Both the position numbers and the translations under genes were made by a program. 64,000 nucleotides of DNA from Muribaculaceae bacterium (GTDB lineage Bacteria > Bacteroidota > Bacteroidia > Bacteroidales > Muribaculaceae). The DNA lies in contig JAFZHD010000051.1 of the NCBI GenBank assembly GCA_017555085.1, positions 5,491 to 69,490 of the forward strand, read 5' to 3'. Shown here in pieces: positions 45,976 through 56,644 of the stretch. The notes under the pieces are model-generated. The model searched no databases, was not told the origin of the DNA, and saw only the letters and a list, made by a program, of their open reading frames with translations. Position 1 is the first letter of the stretch; the number at the start of each line of letters is the position of its first letter.

Positions 45976-48900
45976 CTATTGGGCCGAGCCTACTGCAATT
46001 TTCTTGCTTTCCGACTCATATTGCACACCGTCGGTTGATATCGACACTTTGTACAAGTAGATGCCGCGGTTGACGCGACGGCCCGCCATGTCACAGAGGC
46101 TCCATGTGATGGGGAACGACAAGAACTCATCGCTGCGACCGGTAGATGTTGTTGACCACACGGTGCGGCCCATCAAGTCATAGATGTTCAATGTGATTGT
46201 CATGATTGCATCGGGGCGGTTGTGGGTAACATAGAAATTGGCCTCGGTATATGCCGGGCTTGCATCGGTGTAAACATCAAAGATTTTGGGAGTCAAGCCC
46301 TGTTTCACGGTGAGGTCGATGTGTGCTTCAGCAGCATTGCCCGAAGTGTCCCACACGCGCAAACGCAATGTATGGTCGCCCTCAACCAAATCGTTGATGG
46401 GATATGCAATCACACCAGCAGGCTCGCCGTTGGCATCGGGAGTGTAATATTGCGACACATCGGTATACGAATCTGAACCATCAAGTGTTACAAGCATTTG
46501 ATGACCAATGCCGGCTGTTGAAAGATTGATGCCTTTATTGTCTGAAATGCGGGCAATGAGCATGGGCGATTCGTTAACCGCATCACCGCTTCTGAACGAT
46601 TCATGATTGAGATACAACGACTCGATAACCGGAGGCTCTTCATCGCCGGCAGCGTTATCGTCATAGCCATAAACATAGAACTGACGGTTGCAGCCGATAG
46701 CCTCGGCACCATCGTGAGCCACGGCATACATGTTGAGCGCAGCAGGACGGAAGTTATAGGCTATTTCAGAGGGCATTGCCACATGCATGGAGAACTGACC
46801 GTTGACAACCGAGTCGCGGCCGGCATAGAGTTTGCCGCCCTGCTCCTCAAATGTCACTACCTTGCCTTGGTCACCGTTGCCGTTTGTGGTAACGCTATGC
46901 TCGGCATCATACATTGTTGCCGACACAACGCCGTTGAAATCCGACATCAAATTGCCCTCATGGTCGAGGATAGAACCTGTGAGAGTAACCTCTTGACGCG
47001 CCATAATAGTGGGCTGTGCATCAATGCTTACCTCTTGGCCGTCAATGGCATCAAGCACCACACGGGGCGAGGGTGTTGCGAGGCGCATCGCAGGGTCGCC
47101 CATAAGCGCATATCGCAACTTGTTGTCGTCGGTTTGCGACAGTGCGTTTTTGGCTTTTTGCAATATTATACCCAATGGCAAATGCTTGCCGTTTTCATCG
47201 CGCGTAAGAGCCAATTTGGCGATACTGTTTGAGAGCAAACCATTGTTAGCGATATACACCGGACGGTTGGCACTAATTACCGCAATCGCACCGCCATAGG
47301 GGTTATGAAACATCACCTCGGCACCCGAAATTGCCGATGCGTCCCAACGCATAAACTCGCATGTGGCAGCATATACCACGGGGAATTTTTTGTAATAGAG
47401 ATTGTTCATATCTTCCCACGAAAGCAACATTTCGTGCGACCATGATGTGGGATTTCCGTGGCCGATATAGTTCCACCACAAAGTACCCGCTTCAAGATGT
47501 TGCATCATGAGATTGTGAGCATCGGGATAACGGCGGTTAATCAACTGAAACGCGTCGATATAAATCTTGTTATAGAAATAATCTTCGCCACCTTCCGATG
47601 CAATGAAATTGTCATACATGCTGCTTGTCTGTGTCATGTGAATACCGTTGTCGCTGTCATCGGCAACAAGCAATATCTGATTTTTCCAATCGTCAGTGGC
47701 CGAGTTGTTTACATATTTGTAGAGCTTATCAACTGCGCTCTTTGCCTCCTCAACAGTGCGAACAGGCATACGGCCTACCGCAATGCTCATTTTGTCGCTG
47801 CCCGATGCCACATTGCTGCCCGAGTTGTCTTTGAGAAACGCAAAGAAATCGTCGGTCTGGAACGATGAATTGTCGTTGTTGCCATCGAGTGTCATCCACG
47901 AGGGCATGGTGGGATAATCGAGTTGCTTCATGGTCGAGGTCAATTGTCGGCAGTCAAATGTCGTGCGACCAAACATAAGAGCATATTTGAGTTTGTGGCC
48001 GTCGGTGTTGCCACGGTCAAAAAACATTTTGAGCAAATGGCGGAATGCACTTGCATCGGGAGTTCCAGATGAAAACTCATTGAATGCGGTCTCTTGGTCA
48101 ACCACAAGCACGCGGAGCGAATCTTCGGAATTTTCGTGCAACTGCGCAATGCGTTGTGCTTGGTCGATCCAACGGCCAATGGTGAAAATAACCATATCAG
48201 GAGTCGCCTCGCCGTGGATATTCTGATTGTTTACCTTGCCTACAAGTTTTGGCGAATGAAACTGACCGCCTTCTTGCCACACGGCGTAAGTGCGCTGACC
48301 GTCAGCATCATTTGTCCACACAATGCTACCACCCTCGTCGAGAGTGTTCATTTGCTTGATGTTTCTCGCATCGGTGACATCCCACACATTGGTTTTCGAA
48401 GTTGCGCCATACACCCTCATGCTTCGGCCTAGCACGGTCATATACAGATAGCCGTTTGTCAACGCACTTTTGCGGGTGTAGTTGAGCACGATATAATTGA
48501 GGTTGGCGGCATGCACGGTTGTTGAGCAACTGAAATTGATGCCCAACTGCAATTTTGTGCCTTCGAGGGAAAATGTCGAGCGAAACAATGCCGATGTGCC
48601 GTGATAATATGAGGCATTATTTGTTGTCGGCACATAATTGTTGCCCGTGAGTGCCAACGGCTGTCCATTGGCGGTAAAATTGAGATATCCTGCCGATGAA
48701 AGTGTGCGGGTAAAGAACGAGCATTGCATCCACACTTCCGGCCCCACTTTGCCAGGCAAGTCAAATGTAAACGACTGATTGGGAGTATACTTAAAATCTT
48801 CGCCCACAAGCAAATGGCCGGTTTCGCCCGGACTCATCAAATCACGCTCGTGGAAGATTCGTTCCTGAAAAGTTTCGGCACAATCATCGCCGGCTTGGGC

Positions 48901-49380
48901 CGTTCCCGATAATGCAATTTCGCGGTCTTCTGCCTCTCGGTCGCTCAAAAAATAGTAGCCATAAGATGAGTATGGATTTTGCTCATGCACAAACTTGCTT
49001 ATGAGAATAGTGTTCCAAGTTACAGGGCCTTGGGCATAGAAATACAAACCGTTGCCAGTCGTTTTGCTCTGCACCTGCGGCACATCGTCGATGAAACTGA
49101 CTTTTGTGAGGTGGTCGGGAATGCGTGCGCCGCCATAGCCATACACCTTCACTTTTGACGGGTCGGCAAAACCCCATTCGCGCAGCGTGTTGGCACTAAT
49201 AAAGTGCATACCGCTTTGCTCAACGCTGATTTTCACCCATTTGCCTTGGCTCAATACCGACGATTGGGCATAGTAACTTGCCTGAAAAGCCATCACCTTG
49301 GCCGGCACAAGCATAGCAACAAAAGCCAACGCCACAGCCGCCACAATTCGTGATATATTTGTTGTATATTTTGATGTCAT
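45976..49380 (-). CDS. Second PorU-like C25-type peptidase (full-length paralogue of porU)
   Basis: A 1134-aa protein. Its N-terminus, QGKWVKISVEQSGMHFISANTL...VKVYGYGG, aligns with PorU. The His/Cys pair is retained (NYIGHGNPTSW...VYAATCEFMRW). The C-terminal tail is CTD-like (GIYLYKVSISTDGVQYESESKKIAV). Confidence 0.75.
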   Translation of the reverse strand: MTSKYTTNISRIVAAVALAFVAMLVPAKVMAFQASYYAQSSVLSQGKWVKISVEQSGMHFISANTLREWGFADPSKVKVYGYGGARIPDHLTKVSFIDDVPQVQSKTTGNGLYFYAQGPVTWNTILISKFVHEQNPYSSYGYYFLSDREAEDREIALSGTAQAGDDCAETFQERIFHERDLMSPGETGHLLVGEDFKYTPNQSFTFDLPGKVGPEVWMQCSFFTRTLSSAGYLNFTANGQPLALTGNNYVPTTNNASYYHGTSALFRSTFSLEGTKLQLGINFSCSTTVHAANLNYIVLNYTRKSALTNGYLYMTVLGRSMRVYGATSKTNVWDVTDARNIKQMNTLDEGGSIVWTNDADGQRTYAVWQEGGQFHSPKLVGKVNNQNIHGEATPDMVIFTIGRWIDQAQRIAQLHENSEDSLRVLVVDQETAFNEFSSGTPDASAFRHLLKMFFDRGNTDGHKLKYALMFGRTTFDCRQLTSTMKQLDYPTMPSWMTLDGNNDNSSFQTDDFFAFLKDNSGSNVASGSDKMSIAVGRMPVRTVEEAKSAVDKLYKYVNNSATDDWKNQILLVADDSDNGIHMTQTSSMYDNFIASEGGEDYFYNKIYIDAFQLINRRYPDAHNLMMQHLEAGTLWWNYIGHGNPTSWSHEMLLSWEDMNNLYYKKFPVVYAATCEFMRWDASAISGAEVMFHNPYGGAIAVISANRPVYIANNGLLSNSIAKLALTRDENGKHLPLGIILQKAKNALSQTDDNKLRYALMGDPAMRLATPSPRVVLDAIDGQEVSIDAQPTIMARQEVTLTGSILDHEGNLMSDFNGVVSATMYDAEHSVTTNGNGDQGKVVTFEEQGGKLYAGRDSVVNGQFSMHVAMPSEIAYNFRPAALNMYAVAHDGAEAIGCNRQFYVYGYDDNAAGDEEPPVIESLYLNHESFRSGDAVNESPMLIARISDNKGINLSTAGIGHQMLVTLDGSDSYTDVSQYYTPDANGEPAGVIAYPINDLVEGDHTLRLRVWDTSGNAAEAHIDLTVKQGLTPKIFDVYTDASPAYTEANFYVTHNRPDAIMTITLNIYDLMGRTVWSTTSTGRSDEFLSFPITWSLCDMAGRRVNRGIYLYKVSISTDGVQYESESKKIAVGSAQ

Positions 49381-49537
49381 ATTGGTCTTGATAGTTACGC
49401 CCGCCGCGCGAGCATATTATTGCTATCGTTATTAACGCATTTTTAGCGTTATTATTGTAGCACGCCGAGCAATTAATCGTTCATTTTGGTTATATCTATA
49501 TCTTATTTGTTTCGGCGGGCAAACAAGTGGAAAAGAG

Positions 49538-49570
49538 ATTTGCCAAGGCGAGAAAAAATTGCTAAATTTG
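49538..49570 (+). promoter_or_regulatory. Bacteroides-type promoter of cvpA-suf operon
   Basis: TTTG (49538-49541), 21 nt, then TAAATTTG (49563-49570). It lies 33 nt upstream of the cvpA ATG. Confidence 0.55.
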
Positions 49571-49602
49571 CAGATTAAAATAATGGTAAATTCAGTAAAA
49601 CT

Positions 49603-50106
49603 ATGGCTATAATAGATATCGCAATGATAGTGGTGTGCATTCTTGGCATCGCATTGGGATTATACAAAGGTCTAATGGCGCAAATAGGCTCGGTGGCAGG
49701 TATTTTGCTCGGCGTTATCGCGTGCCGCATTTGGGGTGATGATGTCACCCGATTTGTGGCAAGTATTATGCCCGACCTATCGGCAAGCGGCGAGGCTGCC
49801 GCCTATGTCAACAGCGTGATTGGCAATGTATTCCTATTCTTGGGCGTGTATCTGCTCGCGATGCTCGTCGCCAAGTTGTTGCACAATATCATCTCAACAC
49901 TTTCACTCGGCTGGATAAACTGCCTCCTCGGTGGTGTTTTCGGCGCAGTGAAATGGATGGTGATAATGAGTGTGGTGCTCAACTTGTGGGAGGCCCTGCT
50001 GCCAGACCACTCCATTGTCAGCACCTCGCAACTTATGGGAGGCATCGCTGCCAAGACAGTGCTAAATTTGGCCCCTGCCCTATTCGGTTCTATTGCCGCT
50101 ATGTAA
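49603..50106 (+). CDS. cvpA: CvpA-family membrane protein
   Basis: A 167-aa protein with four hydrophobic helices. The N-terminus IIDIAMIVVCILGIALGLYKGLM is typical of the colicin V production protein family. Confidence 0.75.
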   Translation: MAIIDIAMIVVCILGIALGLYKGLMAQIGSVAGILLGVIACRIWGDDVTRFVASIMPDLSASGEAAAYVNSVIGNVFLFLGVYLLAMLVAKLLHNIISTLSLGWINCLLGGVFGAVKWMVIMSVVLNLWEALLPDHSIVSTSQLMGGIAAKTVLNLAPALFGSIAAM

Positions 50107-50122
50107 AATATAATTGTTGATT

Positions 50123-51598
50123 ATGGCTGAAATTTCAGATAAGAAAAATAAAGAAGACTTGAACAATGATATCATTGGCGATGTCACTTCGAGCGAATAC
50201 AAGTATGGATTCGTTACCGACATCGACACCGACATCATTCCCAAGGGCTTAAACGAAGATGTTGTTCGTCTCATCTCGCAGAAAAAAGGCGAGCCCGAGT
50301 GGCTGCTTGATTTCCGTCTCAAAGCCTATCAGTATTGGAAGACTCTCGAAATGCCACGTTGGGCACACCTCGACATTCCCGAGATAGACTATGACGCGAT
50401 AAGTTACTATGCTGCCCCTCGCAAAAAAGAAGGGCCCAAGAGCCTCGACGAAGTAGACCCTCAACTTCTCGAAACTTTCAACAAATTGGGAATTCCTCTC
50501 GAAGAACAAAAACTGTTCTCGGGCATGGCTGTTGATGCTGTTATGGACTCGGTGTCGGTAAAAACCACCCACAAAGAAAAATTGGCCGAAATGGGCATCG
50601 TGTTCTGCTCGTTCTCCGAAGCCGTGCGCGATTATCCCGACTTGGTGAAAAAATATCTCGGCAAAGTGGTATCATATCGCGACAACTTCTTTGCCGCCCT
50701 CAACTCGGCCGTATTCTCTGACGGCTCGTTTGTTTACATTCCCAAAGGCGTGCGTTGCCCCATGGAATTGTCAACCTACTTCCGCATCAATGCATCGGGA
50801 ACAGGCCAGTTTGAGCGCACACTCATCGTTGCCGACGATGATGCCTATGTAAGTTATCTCGAAGGCTGCACCGCTCCCATGCGCGATGAAAACCAATTGC
50901 ACGCTGCTATCGTGGAAATCATTGTCGAAGACCGCGCCGAGGTGAAATACTCAACCGTGCAGAATTGGTATGCCGGCGACAAAGACGGCAAAGGCGGTGT
51001 ATATAACTTTGTAACAAAACGCGGATTGTGTCGCGGCGATTACTCAAAATTGTCGTGGACACAGGTCGAAACCGGTTCGGCCATCACTTGGAAATATCCG
51101 AGTTGTGTGCTTGCCGGCGAAGGCTCGGTGGGCGAATTCTACTCGGTGGCCGTTACCAATAACCGCCAACAAGCCGACACAGGCACAAAGATGATTCACA
51201 CAGGCCGCAACTCGCGAAGCACTATCGTGTCAAAAGGTATCTCGGCCGGACACAGCCAAAACGCTTATCGCGGATTGGTGAAGGTTGCACCCGATGCCGA
51301 CGGTTGCCGCAACTACACTCAATGTGACAGTCTGCTCCTCGGTTCAAACTGCGGTGCCCACACCTTCCCCTATGTCGATGTGCTCAACGACACTGCTGTG
51401 GTAGAGCACGAAGCCACTACCTCAAAAATCAGCGAGGACCAAATTTTCTATTGCAATCAGCGCGGCATTCCCACCGAAGAGGCTGTCGGATTGATTGTAA
51501 ACGGATATGCCAAAGAAGTGATGAACAAACTACCCATGGAATTTGCCGTTGAAGCACAAAAACTGCTTCAAGTTACTCTCGAAGGCTCTGTGGGATAA
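50123..51598 (+). CDS. sufB: Fe-S cluster assembly protein SufB
   Basis: Whole-length SufB similarity ([26 protein letters not shown]). The ATG is at 50123; the ORF-track start at 50114 is TTG. Confidence 0.95.
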   Translation: MAEISDKKNKEDLNNDIIGDVTSSEYKYGFVTDIDTDIIPKGLNEDVVRLISQKKGEPEWLLDFRLKAYQYWKTLEMPRWAHLDIPEIDYDAISYYAAPRKKEGPKSLDEVDPQLLETFNKLGIPLEEQKLFSGMAVDAVMDSVSVKTTHKEKLAEMGIVFCSFSEAVRDYPDLVKKYLGKVVSYRDNFFAALNSAVFSDGSFVYIPKGVRCPMELSTYFRINASGTGQFERTLIVADDDAYVSYLEGCTAPMRDENQLHAAIVEIIVEDRAEVKYSTVQNWYAGDKDGKGGVYNFVTKRGLCRGDYSKLSWTQVETGSAITWKYPSCVLAGEGSVGEFYSVAVTNNRQQADTGTKMIHTGRNSRSTIVSKGISAGHSQNAYRGLVKVAPDADGCRNYTQCDSLLLGSNCGAHTFPYVDVLNDTAVVEHEATTSKISEDQIFYCNQRGIPTEEAVGLIVNGYAKEVMNKLPMEFAVEAQKLLQVTLEGSVG

Positions 51599-51620
51599 CA
51601 TAACATGTAAATACAGTTTT

Positions 51621-52388
51621 ATGAAAGATATATTATTGGAAGTCAAAAACCTTCATGCCAACATTAATGGCAAGGAGATATTAAAAGGTATCAATCTCAC
51701 AATCCGTCCCGGCGAGGTGCATGCAATCATGGGCCCCAACGGCTCGGGCAAGAGTACACTCTCATCGGTGCTTGCCGGTAATCCCACATTCACCGTTACC
51801 GAGGGCGAAGTCGATTTTCACGGCGTTGACTTGTTGTCGTTGTCGCCCGAAGACCGCTCTCACGAGGGCTTGTTCCTTTCGTTTCAATATCCAGTAGAAA
51901 TTCCCGGCGTGTCAATGGTCAACTTTATGCGTGCGGCTATGAACGAAAAGCGCAAACACTTTGACCAACCGGCCTTGTCGGCAAGCGAGTTTCTCAAACT
52001 CATGCGCCAAAAACGCGAAGTGGTGGAACTTGACAACAAACTTGCATCGCGCTCGGTTAACGAAGGCTTCTCGGGTGGCGAAAAGAAACGCAACGAGATT
52101 TTCCAAATGGCGATGCTCGAACCACGATTGTCAATTCTCGACGAGACCGACAGCGGTCTTGACATCGATGCATTGCGCGTGGTGGCCGGCGGCGTAAACA
52201 AACTCAAAACTGCCGACAACGCAACAATCGTTATCACTCACTACCAACGCTTGCTCGACTACATCAAACCCGACTTTGTGCATGTGCTTTACAAGGGCCG
52301 CATCGTTCGCACCGGCGGTCCCGAACTCGCACTTGAACTTGAAGAAAAGGGCTATGACTGGATTAAACAGGAAATCGACAACCAATAA
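51621..52388 (+). CDS. sufC: Fe-S cluster assembly ATPase SufC
   Basis: Walker A GPNGSGKST, ABC signature FSGGEKKRNEI and Walker B LSILDETDSGLD. The ATG is at 51621. Confidence 0.95.
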   Translation: MKDILLEVKNLHANINGKEILKGINLTIRPGEVHAIMGPNGSGKSTLSSVLAGNPTFTVTEGEVDFHGVDLLSLSPEDRSHEGLFLSFQYPVEIPGVSMVNFMRAAMNEKRKHFDQPALSASEFLKLMRQKREVVELDNKLASRSVNEGFSGGEKKRNEIFQMAMLEPRLSILDETDSGLDIDALRVVAGGVNKLKTADNATIVITHYQRLLDYIKPDFVHVLYKGRIVRTGGPELALELEEKGYDWIKQEIDNQ

Positions 52389-52402
52389 TCGCAAAGTAAA
52401 TC

Positions 52403-53764
52403 ATGAGTGCTATCAAGCAATATATAGACCTGTATAACCAACATCGCGACGCCATTCACGCACGCTCGCCCCAACTGCTCAACGACTTGCGCAGCAAAGC
52501 GTTGGCGGTTCTCGACGGCAAGCAGTTGCCTCGCAAAGGCGAAGAAGGGTTTGAAAAAACATCTATTGACGAGATGTTTGCGCCCGACTTTGGTGTCAAC
52601 ATCAACCGCATGAACATTCCGGTCAATGTGGCTGCATCATTTCGCTGTGATGTGCCCAACATGAGCACCTGGATGTCGTTTATCGTTAACGACAAGTTTT
52701 ATGCATCATCAACAGCACGCAACAATATGCCCGAAGGCGTGATTGTCGATTCGCTTGAAAATGTGGCTGCCAACCAACCCCACATCATCGAAGCATATCT
52801 CGGCAAAATTGCTCCGCTCAACAACGCATCAGTGGCCCTCAACTCGCTGCTTGTGCAAGACGGCATCGTTGTTTATGTGCCACGCGGCGTGAAACTCGAA
52901 AAACCGTTGCAATTAGTCAACATATTCTCCTCTCCCATCGACTTGATGGCCGTGCGCCGCATGCTCATCATCGTTGAGGACAACGCACAAGCACAGTTGC
53001 TCGTGTGTGATCACACCCAAGACAACGAACACCGCTACCTCGCATCGCAAGTGGTGGAGATATTCATGGGCGAGAATGCCCGTTTTGACCTCTACGACAT
53101 TGAGGAATCATCGGCCTTGACATCGCGCTACTCTCAACTCTATGCCCGTCAGCAAGCCGGCTCAAATCTGCTTGTCAACGGCATGTCGCTCATTGCCGGC
53201 AACACCCGCAACGACTATGACATCGAAATTGAGGGCAACAACTGCGACACCACACTTGCCGGAATGGCTATAGGCTCGGGCAAGCAACATGTCGACAACT
53301 CATCAAATGTAAAACACCGCTCATGCCACTGTCGCAGCAACCAACTTTTCAAATATGTGCTCGATGACGAATCGACCGGTGCTTTTGAGGGCAGCATTTT
53401 GGTTGCACCCGGCGCGGCCTATACCGAAGCCCACCAAAACAACCGCAACCTGTTGGCCTCAACCTCATCGCGCATGCACACCAAACCTCAACTCATCATC
53501 TACAATGACGAGGTTAAGTGTAGCCACGGCGCAACAACAGGCCAACTCGACCAACAAGCATTGTTTTACATGCGCGCTCGCGGCATCTCCGAAAAAGAAG
53601 CGCGACTCATGCTCATGCAGGCATTTATGGCCGATGTTATTGACACCGTTCGCATGGAAGGATTGCGCGACCGATTGCGCCACTTGGTGGAAAAAAGATT
53701 TTACGGACAGCAGATGCTTTGTGCCGACTGCGGCATCTCTTGTCACGACAGCAAACCCGAATAA
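52403..53764 (+). CDS. sufD: Fe-S cluster assembly protein SufD
   Basis: A 453-aa protein whose C-terminal beta-helix region is paralogous to SufB (VKCSHGATTGQLDQQALFYMRARGI). It sits between sufC and sufS. Confidence 0.9.
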   Translation: MSAIKQYIDLYNQHRDAIHARSPQLLNDLRSKALAVLDGKQLPRKGEEGFEKTSIDEMFAPDFGVNINRMNIPVNVAASFRCDVPNMSTWMSFIVNDKFYASSTARNNMPEGVIVDSLENVAANQPHIIEAYLGKIAPLNNASVALNSLLVQDGIVVYVPRGVKLEKPLQLVNIFSSPIDLMAVRRMLIIVEDNAQAQLLVCDHTQDNEHRYLASQVVEIFMGENARFDLYDIEESSALTSRYSQLYARQQAGSNLLVNGMSLIAGNTRNDYDIEIEGNNCDTTLAGMAIGSGKQHVDNSSNVKHRSCHCRSNQLFKYVLDDESTGAFEGSILVAPGAAYTEAHQNNRNLLASTSSRMHTKPQLIIYNDEVKCSHGATTGQLDQQALFYMRARGISEKEARLMLMQAFMADVIDTVRMEGLRDRLRHLVEKRFYGQQMLCADCGISCHDSKPE

Positions 53765-53770
53765 ACCCTG

Positions 53771-54991
53771 ATGGAAAATTATAACATAGACGAAATTCGC
53801 AGCGATTTCCCCATTCTTGAACGCCAAGTGTGGGGCAAACCGTTGGTCTATCTCGACAATACTGCAACCTCGATGACACCACGCTGTGTGGTTGATGCCA
53901 TCGAAAATGTGTATTATCATCACAAAGCCAATGTGCATCGCGGTGTGCACACCCTCTCACAAGAGGCCACCGACATGCAAGAGACAACTCGCGAACGAGT
54001 GCGACAATTTATCAACGCACGCTCAACCGAGGAAATCATTTTCACTCGTGGCACAACCGAGGCCATCAACCTTGTGGCTGCCTCTTATGGCCAACTGCTC
54101 GAAAACGGCGACGAAATCATTGTCACCACTATGGAGCATCACGCCAACATTGTGCCTTGGCAGTTGCTCGGCCGCAACAAGCGCATCATCTTGCGCGTAG
54201 TGCCCATCAATGCCGACGGCGAGATTGACCGCATCGCATATTCGTCTTTGTTTAACGACCGCACAAAACTCGTTGCCATGTGCCATGTATCAAATGTTCT
54301 CGGCACAGTCAACCCCATCAAAGAACTTATCGCCGAAGCCCACCAAAACGGTGTGCCCGTGCTGATTGACGGTGCACAAGCAGTGTCGCACATCAAAGTT
54401 GATGTGCAAGACCTCGACGCCGACTTCTATGCATTCTCGGCCCACAAAATGTATGGCCCGACAGGCATCGGTGTGCTTTATGGCAAAAAATATCTGCTCG
54501 AAATGATGCCTCCCTATCAAGGCGGAGGCGAAATGATTGGCACCGTATCGTTCAACAACACCACATGGGCCGACCTCCCCTTTAAGTTTGAGGCTGGAAC
54601 ACCCGACTTTGTCGGCATCGCCGCTTTGCGCCAAGCCATCGACTATATGGAAAGTATCGGCGTTGAACGTATTGCCGCCCACGAACACGACTTGTTGCAA
54701 TATGCCACCGAACAAATGATGACAATACCCGGAATGCGCATCTTCGGCACTTCGGCATCAAAATGTGCCGTTATTTCGTTCCTCGTTGGCAACGCCCACC
54801 ACTATGATATGGGCATGTTGCTCGACAAATTGGGCATAGCCGTTCGCACCGGCCACCACTGCGCCCAACCGCTCATGCACTCATTGGGCATCGAAGGCAC
54901 CGTGCGCGCATCGTTTGCAGCATACAACACCCGCCAAGAGATTGACGCATTCATCGCCGCCTTGCGCCGCGTAGCCGCAATGCTGCAATAG
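53771..54991 (+). CDS. sufS: Cysteine desulfurase SufS (class V aminotransferase, group II)
   Basis: PLP lysine context SAHKMYGPTGIG and catalytic cysteine RTGHHCAQP. 406 aa. Confidence 0.95.
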   Translation: MENYNIDEIRSDFPILERQVWGKPLVYLDNTATSMTPRCVVDAIENVYYHHKANVHRGVHTLSQEATDMQETTRERVRQFINARSTEEIIFTRGTTEAINLVAASYGQLLENGDEIIVTTMEHHANIVPWQLLGRNKRIILRVVPINADGEIDRIAYSSLFNDRTKLVAMCHVSNVLGTVNPIKELIAEAHQNGVPVLIDGAQAVSHIKVDVQDLDADFYAFSAHKMYGPTGIGVLYGKKYLLEMMPPYQGGGEMIGTVSFNNTTWADLPFKFEAGTPDFVGIAALRQAIDYMESIGVERIAAHEHDLLQYATEQMMTIPGMRIFGTSASKCAVISFLVGNAHHYDMGMLLDKLGIAVRTGHHCAQPLMHSLGIEGTVRASFAAYNTRQEIDAFIAALRRVAAMLQ

Positions 54992-55014
54992 TTCCAACTA
55001 AAATTCACTGTTTT

Positions 55015-55752
55015 TTACCCGTTTTTGACGGGGAGGCGTTTCCACATCCATGCCGGAATGAGACGCCACAAGCCAACGAGCAAACGCCATCGCCAATCAA
55101 TGACAGCAATGCGTTTTTGCTTGACTACGGCTTTTACTATGCGGCGAACTGCATAGTCGGTGGTCATGAGCATGGGAAATTTCTTGTCGCTGTTGAGCAA
55201 CGGTGTGGCAACAAATCCGGGGCGCACATCGGTGAACTTGATGTCAACGCCTTGCATGCGCGACAACTGCTCTACGGCATCGATATAGGTGTTCTGAAAA
55301 CGCTTGGTTGCGCTATAACTTGCCGCTATGCCGAGGCCTTTTGTCCCCGCGATTGACGATACAACAGCAATATGGCCGCTCTTGCCTTCACGACGAAAAT
55401 AGTCATAAGCAGCATTTACGATGTGGATAAATCCCACAACATTGGTCTGCGCTGTGGTTATGTCGTTGGCAATTTCAAGTGCGGGATTTTGCTTGCCCAC
55501 GCCCGACACCAAAAACACAGTGTCAACCCCACCCATTTCCTCAATGAGGACATTAAGTTTGGCCGGCGCATCGCTTTGTGTCACATCTATTGTCTGATGT
55601 GCTACAATGTTGTCGGGATACTGTCGGCGCAACTGTTCCAAAGGTTCTTGACGGCGTGCGGCAATGCCCACTGTCCAACCCATTTGTGCCATCTGCTCGG
55701 CTACGCCATAGCCCAAGCCCGATGATGCTCCGATAATCGCGATGCGTTTCAT
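55015..55752 (-). CDS. Short-chain dehydrogenase/reductase (SDR)
   Basis: Cofactor motif GASSGLG and catalytic YSATK. The ATG is at 55752. Confidence 0.85.
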   Translation of the reverse strand: MKRIAIIGASSGLGYGVAEQMAQMGWTVGIAARRQEPLEQLRRQYPDNIVAHQTIDVTQSDAPAKLNVLIEEMGGVDTVFLVSGVGKQNPALEIANDITTAQTNVVGFIHIVNAAYDYFRREGKSGHIAVVSSIAGTKGLGIAASYSATKRFQNTYIDAVEQLSRMQGVDIKFTDVRPGFVATPLLNSDKKFPMLMTTDYAVRRIVKAVVKQKRIAVIDWRWRLLVGLWRLIPAWMWKRLPVKNG

Positions 55753-55762
55753 TTTGGTGGGA

Positions 55763-56644
55763 TTATTGATTTTCTTCGGTTGCGGTATCAACCGTTTTTT
55801 TGCTTAACGGAATGGTGTACATTATCGAGAATCCGCCTCCGATGGCCAACCCGCGTGTTCCATATCCGGGGATATACCACGGCTTGCCATAAGGGGCTTT
55901 GCTCTCGTGCAAAATATAGTTATACTTGACTGCCCAACCCATATAAAGGTTGCTCACAATTCTCACTTTGATATTGAGCGACGCACTCAAATAGCCCACA
56001 ACCGATTTTTGCGTGGGAATGTCAAACACCAACGGCTCGTTCCAATATCCGGCATCGGCAGTTACATTGGTTACGCTATAAGAAAACTGTGATAAACCAT
56101 AGCGCACGCCAGCCTGAATCTGATATTCATCGGTCTTGCCATAAAGGAAATTGTAGTTCATGCCGACACGGAAATATGGCGACATGGGCGACTTATAGGT
56201 ATAGTTACCACCTTCGGGAGTGTAATCGGCCGTTCCGAAACCCACCTCAACCACGGGCTTAAAGCGATTATACAAACTCAACTCAGCCCACACTTCGGCA
56301 CCGCCATAATCCTGTCCGATGAGTCGCATCACAGGGTCCCAAACATCAACGCCAAGTGTCAATGCGTGCATGGCGGGGTATTTCATTATGTCTTTGGCTT
56401 TGAGTGCTGCCGAATCGACATACTCTTTGCCGGTAATGGTATCCATCAAAAACACTCGGCCTTCGCTGTCTTTCATTTCGACATAGGTTGATAAATCCAC
56501 CTCATCGGTCTTGTTCTCCTTCTTTTTCTTCACGGGAGTGGTGGCCGATGTGGGATTAACGGGAGTCACGCGTCGCTGTCCCTCGGCAGTAACGCCAAGA
56601 GCAACTATCGCTATCATTATTATCAATAAAACTCGCTTCATCAT
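55763..56644 (-). CDS. Predicted outer-membrane beta-barrel protein, unknown function
   Basis: Signal peptide, a lysine-rich linker, then an alternating aromatic/aliphatic beta-strand pattern. It overlaps the stop codon of the upstream lipoprotein gene by 4 nt. Confidence 0.45.
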   Translation of the reverse strand: MMKRVLLIIMIAIVALGVTAEGQRRVTPVNPTSATTPVKKKKENKTDEVDLSTYVEMKDSEGRVFLMDTITGKEYVDSAALKAKDIMKYPAMHALTLGVDVWDPVMRLIGQDYGGAEVWAELSLYNRFKPVVEVGFGTADYTPEGGNYTYKSPMSPYFRVGMNYNFLYGKTDEYQIQAGVRYGLSQFSYSVTNVTADAGYWNEPLVFDIPTQKSVVGYLSASLNIKVRIVSNLYMGWAVKYNYILHESKAPYGKPWYIPGYGTRGLAIGGGFSIMYTIPLSKKTVDTATEENQ

